Assembly (NCBI GenBank): GCA_963816355.1 | Contig: CAWFKH010000003.1 | Location: 320,001 to 384,000 of the forward strand | DNA length: 64,000 nt | Source: an uncultured Gemmatimonadales bacterium | Lineage (GTDB): Bacteria; Gemmatimonadota; Gemmatimonadetes; Longimicrobiales; RSA9 | Reading direction: 5' to 3' | Shown here: positions 9,801 through 16,383 of the stretch, piece after piece | Numbering within the stretch: position 1 is the stretch's first letter | Layout: every line of letters begins with the position of its first letter | Translations under genes and position numbers: made by a program | Notes under the pieces: model-generated | The model's database searches: none | Seen by the model: only the letters and a program-made list of their open reading frames with translations | Told to the model about the DNA's origin: nothing

Positions 9801-9893
9801 TTCGCGGGCACCAGCTCCAACTTCACGACCGCGGAGTTCCTGACCCAGCCGCCGACGCGCTTCTACACGCTGCGCGTCGACCTGAACTTCTGA
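6891..9893 (+). CDS. SusC/RagA-family TonB-linked outer membrane receptor
   Basis: AGGAGG RBS; signal peptide, CarboxypepD_reg-like N-terminus, plug ([47 protein letters not shown]), [12 protein letters not shown], C-terminal F. Confidence 0.96.
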   Translation: [1000 protein letters not shown]

Positions 9894-9917
9894 GCGCGAC
9901 CTCAACGGAGAACGACG

Positions 9918-11248
9918 ATGAGAGAATCGATTCGAACGCACGCCGTTCGGGCCGCGCGCAGGGGCAGCTGCTGCTGCTCGCCCTGCTGCTTCCCGCGGCC
10001 GCGTGTGACCAGGTCCTCAAGGTGAGCGATCCGGACGTGGCGCGCCCCAGCGGCTTCACGGACGCGACCGCGCTGCCCGCGATCCGCGCCGGCGTGATCG
10101 GCGACTTCGCCAACATGTACGACGATCAGATCCTCTACAGCGGCCTGCTCGGCGACGAGTGGTTCCATTCCGGGACCTTCCCCACCCGCACCGAGGTCGA
10201 CATCCGGGCGATCCAGTCGGACAACGCGACTCTCGACGGGGTGACGCGCGGCATGTACCGCGCGCGCAGCTCCGCGCTCGATGCGGCGACCAAGTTCGCC
10301 GACCTCGGTCCCGATCAGGCGGGTTACGCCGAGGTTCTGAACCTGGAGGGATTCACCTACGTCCTCTTCGGGGAGAACTACTGCTCCGGCGTGCCGTTCA
10401 GTCACCTGAACGAGGACGGGTCCTTCGACTTCGGTGAGCCGGAGACGACCACCCAGATGCTGAACCGGGCGACCACCACCGCGGACGCCGCGATCGCGGC
10501 GGCGCAGGGGGCGGGCTCCGAGACGCAGGAGAACCTCGCGCGCGTGCTGAAGGGCCGTGCGCTGCTCGATCTGGGACAGTATCAGGACGCCGCCGCGGCG
10601 GTGGCGAGCGTGCCGAGCGACTTCAGCTACGTCATGCAGCACTCGGAGAACACCGGCCGCGAGAACAACGGCGTCTACCAGTTCAACCACCTCTCCGAGC
10701 GGTGGTCGGTCGCGAACAACGAGGGCGGCAACGGCCTCGACTACCGCGACGCCGACGATCCTCGCGTGCCATGGACGCGGAGCCCCGCGAACGACCGTGG
10801 CTTCGACAACAGCACGCCGCAGTACGATCAGCTCCTGATGCCGGACCGCTCGGCGCCGTCCACGGTGGCGACGGGCACGGAAGCGCGGCTGATCGAGGCG
10901 GAGGCCGCCTACCAGGCCGGAGACGCCGCCGGCATGCTCGACATCCTCAACACGCTGCGCGAGGACGCAGGCATGGATGACCTCACCGACCCCGGCACGG
11001 CCTCCGGCCGCGTCGACATGCTCTTCCGGGAGCGCGCCTTCTGGCTGTGGCTGCAGTCGCACCGTCTGGGCGACATGCGGCGTCTGATCCGGCAGTACGG
11101 GCGCAGCGCGGACGAGGTCTTCCCCGTGGGTCCGTACCACAAGGCCACGCAGGGCGGCGTCTACGGCTCCGACGTCAACCTGCCGCTCTACGCCGACGAG
11201 AAGAACAACCCGAACGTGACGCAGCTCTGTCTCGATCGGAACGCCTGA
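9918..11248 (+). CDS. SusD/RagB-family lipoprotein (apparent frameshift in the signal peptide near 9961)
   Basis: GGAG+ATG at 9918 is out of frame with LLLLALLLPAAACDQ; body has GENYCSGVP, EARLIEAEA, ERAFWLWLQSHRLGDMRR. Confidence 0.85.
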
Positions 11249-11282
11249 TTCCGAGCGACGATCGGAACGCCTGACCCCGAGC
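11233..11282 (+). repeat. 26-bp-period tandem duplication spanning the susD stop codon
   Basis: CGATCGGAACGCCTGA(TT/CC)CCGAGC at 11233 and 11259. Confidence 0.8.
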
Positions 11283-11300
11283 ACAACGGGCGAAGGTAGA

Positions 11301-11336
11301 GAAGAGGGGGGAGGCCGGCCGGCCTCCCCCCTCTTC
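11301..11336. terminator. perfect 36-bp palindrome, probable bidirectional terminator
   Basis: GAAGAGGGGGGAGGCCGG-CCGGCCTCCCCCCTCTTC between convergent genes. Confidence 0.75.
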
Positions 11337-11391
11337 ACATCCGGCCGCGACGCCGATGCCGATGCTGCGGCCCGGTCCGGCGGCCCGCGGC

Positions 11392-11850
11392 TCAGCCGCT
11401 CTTCGTGGTGATCGCGATGACGCCGTTGCCGCTTCCGGTGCCGTAGATGCGCGTCGCCTCCACGCCGTTCAGGACGCGGATCAGCCGGATCACGTCCGCC
11501 GGAATGTCGCGCAAATAGGTGATGCCGTCGACGGCGGCGCCGTCGACGTAGATGCGCGGATTCGAACTGAGGACGATGCTGTTGCGCCCGCGAAAGGTGA
11601 TGCGCACCGGCTGCCCGTGGGAATCCTCCTCGAACATCAGGTAGCCGGCGCCGTGCTTGAGTGCTTCCCAGGCGTCCCGGACGCCGTACGACTCGATCTG
11701 CTCAGCGGTGATCTGGCGCCCGCTCGGCCTCGGTTCCGCCTTCCCGGAGTCGCGGCGGGGAGCGCACGCGAGCGCCAGGGAGCTCGCGAGCGTCACGGAG
11801 GTTGCGAGCAGGAGCAGCCCCGCCTCGCGTGAACGGGATGGCATGCGCAT
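11392..11850 (-). CDS. small TonB plug-domain lipoprotein (no barrel)
   Basis: Lipobox ALAC; ITAEQIE, PRIYVDG, LRDIPADVI, EATRIYGTGSGNGVIAITTK; GAGGAG RBS. Confidence 0.85.
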   Translation of the reverse strand: MRMPSRSREAGLLLLATSVTLASSLALACAPRRDSGKAEPRPSGRQITAEQIESYGVRDAWEALKHGAGYLMFEEDSHGQPVRITFRGRNSIVLSSNPRIYVDGAAVDGITYLRDIPADVIRLIRVLNGVEATRIYGTGSGNGVIAITTKSG

Positions 11851-11905
11851 GGCTCCTCGCGGACCGGGGATTGAGAGAGGGGACGCCCGAAGACGCGTAC
11901 ACCCG

Positions 11906-11935
11906 AAGATGCCGGGGCCGTGCCGGTCGCGTCAA
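11906..11935 (-). promoter_or_regulatory. putative sigma70 promoter for the plug lipoprotein
   Basis: TTGACG-N18-CATCTT on the minus strand. Confidence 0.5.
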
Positions 11936-12029
11936 TGCCGCGGTGACGGGACGCGCCTGCGCGCCCGCTGCCGTCGCTGACGGGGCCGAGGCGCGCGCAG
12001 GCGGTCCACGAACCGTGTCTGAGCGTAGT

Positions 12030-13322
12030 TCAGATGTCGAGCGGCACCAGGTCGATCGACAGGTCGTCGAGCTCGGCACACCCGGCTCGTGCGCCGTTGC
12101 TGGCGCCGTTCCCCTTCCGCGCGGCCTCCCCGTCGCCGTTCCGCGCGGCCTCCGCGTCGCCGTTCCGCGCGCCCTTCCGCTGTCCGTTGCCACGGGGGCC
12201 GCCCCGGACGCCCCCGTTCCCGTTCCCGTTCCCGTTCCCGGCGAGGACCGGGAGCGAGCGCCGGGAGTGATCCCGGTCGGGCAGCGGGTAGCGGTAGCGC
12301 GTGCCGGCGTAGTTGCGGAGCACGATCTCCTGGTCCGTGACGGCTTCGACGTACTCGGGCAGGAGCGGGATCTTGCCGCCGCCGCCCGGCGCGTCGATGA
12401 CGTACTGGGGCACGGCGAGGCCGCTGGTCCAGCCGCGCAAGGCGCGGATGATCTCGAGCCCCTTCTCGATGCTGGTGCGGAAGTGCTCGCCGCCGGCGAC
12501 GACATCGGCCTGATAGATGTAGTAGGGCCGGACGCGCGCCTTGAGGAGCCGGTGCATGAGCTCCTTCATGACGGCGGGGTCGTCGTTGACGCCCTTGAGG
12601 AGGACGGTCTGACAGCCGAGCGGCGCGCCGGTGTCGGCGAGCATGCCGAGGGCGCGGACGGCGGCGGGCGTGAGCTCGTCCGGGTGGTCGAAGTGGACGT
12701 TGATGTAGACCGGGTGGTAGCGACGGACGATGTCGCACAGCTCGGGCGTGATCCGCTCCGGCAGGTGGCTCGGCATGCGCGTGTGGATGCGGATGATCTC
12801 GATGTGCTCGATCGCGCGCAGGGTCTTGAGGAAGAACTCGACGCGGCGGTCGGCGAGCATGAACGGATCGCCGCCGGAGAGGATCACGTCGCGTACCTCG
12901 GTGTGCTCGCGCAGGTAGGCGAACGCGGATTCGAACTGGTTGAGCGGGATCTTGTCCGGATCGCCGACCTTCCTGCGCCGCGTGCAGAAGCGGCAGTAGC
13001 TGGCGCACACGGGCGAGACGAGGAAGAGGACGCGGTCCGGATAGCGGTGGGTGAGGTTCGGCACCGGCGAGTCGTCGTCCTCGCCGAGCGAATCCACGAT
13101 GCCGTCCTCGACCTGGTTCTCCTGCGGCGTCGGGACGTACTGGTTCCAGAACGGATCGCCCGGCTCGCGGATGAACTGCAAGGCCGCGGGCGTGATGCGC
13201 AGGTTGAAGGAATCGATCGCCTTCTGGACCTCGACCCGATCTATGGCGTCGGCGCCGAAGCGCGCGACGAGGTCGTCGACCGTGACGACGCTCTGCTTCA
13301 GGATCTCCTGCCATTCACTCAT
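12030..13322 (-). CDS. kamA: KamA-family radical SAM protein, lysine 2,3-aminomutase-like
   Basis: HRYPDRVLF, CASYCRFCTRRR (CxxxCxxC), SGGDP, QTVLLKGVNDD, PYYIYQAD, DAPGGGGKIP (PLP lysine). Confidence 0.93.
   Translation of the reverse strand: MSEWQEILKQSVVTVDDLVARFGADAIDRVEVQKAIDSFNLRITPAALQFIREPGDPFWNQYVPTPQENQVEDGIVDSLGEDDDSPVPNLTHRYPDRVLFLVSPVCASYCRFCTRRRKVGDPDKIPLNQFESAFAYLREHTEVRDVILSGGDPFMLADRRVEFFLKTLRAIEHIEIIRIHTRMPSHLPERITPELCDIVRRYHPVYINVHFDHPDELTPAAVRALGMLADTGAPLGCQTVLLKGVNDDPAVMKELMHRLLKARVRPYYIYQADVVAGGEHFRTSIEKGLEIIRALRGWTSGLAVPQYVIDAPGGGGKIPLLPEYVEAVTDQEIVLRNYAGTRYRYPLPDRDHSRRSLPVLAGNGNGNGNGGVRGGPRGNGQRKGARNGDAEAARNGDGEAARKGNGASNGARAGCAELDDLSIDLVPLDI
12115..12240 (-). repeat. 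24-bp and 6-bp tandem repeats encoding the low-complexity KamA tail
   Basis: ARNGD(A/G)EA units at 24-bp period and (GTTCCC)x4 encoding GNGNGNGN. Confidence 0.8.
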
Positions 13323-13848
13323 GGTTGGCCGCACCCGTGGTTTCGCTGTTGAGCCGTCGGGCGAAGATCACGCGATCGTCGCCGGGAGCGTAGAAGTCGG
13401 GGACCCGTGCGACCTCGGCGTAGCCGCGGCGCCGGTAGAAGGCGCGCGTCGCCTCGTAGGGGGGCAACGACGAGGTCTCGATGATCACGAGTCGGGCGTC
13501 CAACCGGGCAAGCCTTCGCTCCACCTCCTGAAGCAGTGTCGTCCCCACGCCCGCGCCGTGCAGCGCCGGGTCGACGGCGATCCAGTAGAGATCGTACGTC
13601 CCCAGCGTGCACGGAGTCGGGCCGTAGCAGACATAACCGAGCAGGTCGCCGGCCCGGGAGAAGGCGCCCAGGGCCTCGTAATCCTGTCGGGGGTCGATGA
13701 AGAACGCGTCCAGCACTTCCAGCGCGACCGCGATCTCGTCCTCGCGGAAGACGCCCGTCGCGCGCAGGATGCGCTCCGCCGCCGCGCGCGCGGCGGCGGG
13801 CAGGCGCCGGATGCGGAGCGTCGTCCGGGCGGCGGCGGCGCTCCTCAC
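13315..13848 (-). CDS. GNAT-family N-acetyltransferase
   Basis: YVCYGPTP, YDLYWIAVDPALHGAGVGTTLL (motif A), ETSS, RAFYRRRGY; GTG start overlaps the upstream stop and the stop overlaps the kamA start. Confidence 0.9.
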   Translation of the reverse strand: MRSAAAARTTLRIRRLPAAARAAAERILRATGVFREDEIAVALEVLDAFFIDPRQDYEALGAFSRAGDLLGYVCYGPTPCTLGTYDLYWIAVDPALHGAGVGTTLLQEVERRLARLDARLVIIETSSLPPYEATRAFYRRRGYAEVARVPDFYAPGDDRVIFARRLNSETTGAANHE

Positions 13849-14804
13849 GCGGCCTCCGCCAGCACGAGCTCGACGAGGGCTCGGTAGTCGAGCCCCGCGC
13901 TCCGCGCCATGCGCGCCAGCCCGGCCTCCGGATCGAGGTCGGGGTTCGGGTTCACCTCGAGCACCCAGACGTGCCCCTCGTCGTCGAGACGGAAGTCGAC
14001 GCGGCCGTAACCGCGGCCGCCCACCGCGTCCCACGCGACGCGTGCGTCGCGGATCAGCCGGGCGTGCAGGCCGTCCGGGATCTGTGCCGGGCAGATCGGC
14101 CGCGCTCCGCGATCGTCCACCGAGCCGGCCGCCCACTTCGCGTCGTACGTCACGATCGGCCTGCGCCCCGGTGGCATGGTCGAAAAGTCCATCTCGGTCA
14201 CCGGAAGCACGCGTTCCCCGACGAAGCCGACGGCGAGCTCGCGGCTGCCGACGAACGCCTGCACGAGTAGCGGCGCGTGCGAGCCCGCGGCGCCGATCGC
14301 ATCGCGCAGCGCGGCGTCGTCGGTCACGACGCTCGCCTGTCCGACCGCGACGGAGCCGTCCTCGCCGGCGGGCTTGACGATCGCGGGATACGCGACGCCG
14401 CCGGGCGGTTCCTCGCCGGCGCGCCACACGCGCCACGGCGGCACGCGGAGGCCGGCCGCGGCGAGGATCGCGTTCGTCCGGTCCTTGCGCCGGGCGAGCG
14501 CCAGCGCTTCGGCACCACTCCCGGTCATCGGCACGCCCAGCAGCTCGACCACCGCGGCGACGCGCGGCTCGTGCGCGCTGACGCCCGCGGCGCCCTCGCA
14601 CAGGTTGAAGACGACGTCCGGCGCGGCGCGCTCGATGCGCTCGATCCACCGCCCGCCCGGCGCGGAGATGGCGACGCGCGTCGGGTCGTGCGACGCCGAC
14701 CGCAGCGCCGCCTCGACCGCGTCGACGGAGGCGAGGACGCCGCGCTCGTCGGGGCTCGCTTCGGCGCGCGCGGCGACGTCGTCGAAGAGGATCGCGACGT
14801 TCAT
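13845..14804 (-). CDS. ATP-grasp ligase (D-Ala-D-Ala ligase-like), copy 2
   Basis: VFNLCEG, MTGS, PAIVKPAGEDGS, RGYGRVDFRL, LEVNPNPDL; ATGA overlap with the upstream gene. Confidence 0.9.
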   Translation of the reverse strand: MNVAILFDDVAARAEASPDERGVLASVDAVEAALRSASHDPTRVAISAPGGRWIERIERAAPDVVFNLCEGAAGVSAHEPRVAAVVELLGVPMTGSGAEALALARRKDRTNAILAAAGLRVPPWRVWRAGEEPPGGVAYPAIVKPAGEDGSVAVGQASVVTDDAALRDAIGAAGSHAPLLVQAFVGSRELAVGFVGERVLPVTEMDFSTMPPGRRPIVTYDAKWAAGSVDDRGARPICPAQIPDGLHARLIRDARVAWDAVGGRGYGRVDFRLDDEGHVWVLEVNPNPDLDPEAGLARMARSAGLDYRALVELVLAEAA

Positions 14805-15934
14805 CGAGGAACGCTGGCGGGCATGAGCGCCGCGGCGTCGCGTGGACCGTCGCGGCTGACGATGGGATCGCGCGCGGTGCCGAGCCGCTCGAGCGCGGCG
14901 TGCAGCACCGCGCCGATCAGGGCGTCGTAGTCGAGGCCTGCCGTGAAGGCCGCCATCGGGAAGCACGAGTGCTGCGCGGGATCGGGCAGGATTCCGGGCA
15001 GCGGGTTCACCTCGAGCGCGTGGGGCCGGCCGGCGCCATCGAGGCGAACGTCGACGCGCGCCCAGTCGCGGCAGCCGAGCGCGTGGAAGGCGCCGAGCGC
15101 GGTGGCGGCGATCGCGTCGCCGAGAGCCGCGTCCACCGGAGCGGGACAGCGGAACACCTCGATCGGCTCGTCCGGCCGGTCCCACAGCCACTTCGCCTCA
15201 TAACCGTAGATCGGCGGGGCGCCGGCCGGCAGCGCGTCGAAGCGGATCTCGACGATCGGCAGCACGCGCGCCGCGGCGCCGTTGCCGAGGATCGCGCACG
15301 TGAACTCACGGCCGGGCAGGAACTCCTCGACGATCGACGGTTGCCCGTAGAGACGCTCGACCTTCGCCACCCGCCGCGCGACCTCCTCCCACGTGGCGCA
15401 GAGCGAGCCGGCGTCGATCCCTTTGCTCGAACCCTCGAAGAGCGGCTTGACGATCGCCGGCAAGGTGGGGTCCGGACCGCTTGGCGTCTCGCCGGCGTCG
15501 CGCCGCGTCGTGGCGATGGCGGACGCATCGCCGGCGCCGCCGCCCGCCACGAAGTCGGCCGGCGTGCGCACGCCGCGCGCCCGGAACGCCTCCTTCGCCC
15601 GGCGCTTGTCGAGCGCGAGAGTCAGCGTGAGCGGATCGCTGCCGGTGTAGGCGACGTCGTAGAACTCGCAGATCGCGGGCACGTGCGCTTCGCGATTCGG
15701 CCCGTTCAGACCTTCCGCGATGTTGAAGACGATGTCGGGGCGGAACTGGCGGAGCCGCTGCGGGAAATCGTCATCGGCCTCGAGCCGGACGACGTCGCCG
15801 TGACGGGAGAGCGCCGCGTCGACGGCGGCGATGGTGGCGGGTTCGTCCCACTCCGCGAAGCGGTCGTGGGACGGGGTACCGGGAGGCTCGTCGTCCCCGG
15901 AAGGTCGCTCGTTGTACGCGAAGCCGATGCGCAT
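14801..15934 (-). CDS. ATP-grasp ligase (D-Ala-D-Ala ligase-like), copy 1
   Basis: AEWDEPATI, VFNIAEG, YTGSD, DKRRAK, IVKPLFEGSSKGI, EEFLPGREFT, RDWARVDVR, LEVNPLPGI. Confidence 0.9.
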   Translation of the reverse strand: MRIGFAYNERPSGDDEPPGTPSHDRFAEWDEPATIAAVDAALSRHGDVVRLEADDDFPQRLRQFRPDIVFNIAEGLNGPNREAHVPAICEFYDVAYTGSDPLTLTLALDKRRAKEAFRARGVRTPADFVAGGGAGDASAIATTRRDAGETPSGPDPTLPAIVKPLFEGSSKGIDAGSLCATWEEVARRVAKVERLYGQPSIVEEFLPGREFTCAILGNGAAARVLPIVEIRFDALPAGAPPIYGYEAKWLWDRPDEPIEVFRCPAPVDAALGDAIAATALGAFHALGCRDWARVDVRLDGAGRPHALEVNPLPGILPDPAQHSCFPMAAFTAGLDYDALIGAVLHAALERLGTARDPIVSRDGPRDAAALMPASVPR

Positions 15935-15940
15935 GCGTCC

Positions 15941-16027
15941 CTATATGAAAAAACGCCTCTCCGGAGAGAGACGGTCGGTGGACTCCGTCGTGGCTTGAGC
16001 GCCCGTGTCGAATCTTCGACGTTTCAT
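15941..16027 (-). CDS. putative leader peptide MKRRRFDTGAQATTESTDRLSPERRFFI (28 aa)
   Basis: Begins ATG AAA CGT CGA AGA TTC; no SD, -10-like box just upstream; runs through the terminator; stop lies 6 nt before the ATP-grasp ATG. Confidence 0.55.
   Translation of the reverse strand: MKRRRFDTGAQATTESTDRLSPERRFFI
15948..15973 (-). terminator. intrinsic terminator (attenuator) in the operon leader
   Basis: CGUCUCUC-UCCG-GAGAGGCG-UUUUUU on the minus strand, 13 nt upstream of the start codon. Confidence 0.85.
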
Positions 16028-16148
16028 TACGAGACAATGGTAATCGAATCGAGGGTCGGAGGGAAGAGGGAGGGTGGACGGGATGGAGGGGACGGCGGGC
16101 GGGAACGGAGGGAGGGGACACAGGGACGGACGCCTTCGAGCTGAAAGC

Positions 16149-16266
16149 GAGGTGCCGCGCGAGCGCGACGGCACCTTTGAGCCCGTAGTTGGTCCCGAAG
16201 CGGCGGCGGCGGCTCGAGGGTTTCGACGATAAGGTCCTCGCGCTGTACGTCCGGGGAATGACGACA
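16149..16266 (+). pseudogene. IS256-family transposase remnant
   Basis: EVPRERDGTFEP / +1 frameshift and TAG / LVPKRRRRLEGFDDKVLALYVRGMTT, matching the conserved IS256 Tnp segment PRDRxGxFEPxLVPKxxRRLxxFDxKxxxLYARGMTT. Confidence 0.8.
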
Positions 16267-16347
16267 GCCGTGACAAGCCGTGCCTCCGCTTTCTCCTCCT
16301 CCGCGCCCTCCACTCCCCCCTCCTCCGCGACCTCCGCGTCCCCGGCG

Positions 16348-16383
16348 TTGCAGCCGCGGATGCCTTCCGCGTAGGTTGATCGA
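16348..16383 (+). promoter_or_regulatory. sigma70 promoter for leaderless aroB mRNA
   Basis: TTGCAG-N18-TAGGTT-N6-ATG, no SD. Confidence 0.6.

Noticed and set aside
6942..9941. Very long antisense or alternate-frame ORFs (e.g. 999 aa here, 26159-29086, 30782-33637, 57357-60455)
   Set aside because: Shadow ORFs of real genes caused by high GC3; Arg/Ala/Pro-rich with no family motifs
11954..12003. 11-bp inverted repeat after kamA as a terminator
   Set aside because: 28-nt loop and no U-tract; weak support
12030..13322. EpmB (EF-P beta-lysylation), glutamate 2,3-aminomutase, or the lysine fermentation pathway
   Set aside because: No efp/epmA or kamDE/kdd nearby; the KamA-type GGGGK motif and both lysine-binding Asp residues are present
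13845..15934. Housekeeping ddl or van-type resistance ligases
   Set aside because: They lack the GGxSxEH N-terminal motif and EINTxPG, have no mur or vanHX context, and are coupled to kamA and a GNAT
15948..16030. Leader terminator as a target of the ANTAR protein or a known riboswitch
   Set aside because: No paired hexaloop hairpins with A1/G4 close properly, and I recognise no lysine, SAM or guanidine aptamer consensus (Rfam scan not run)
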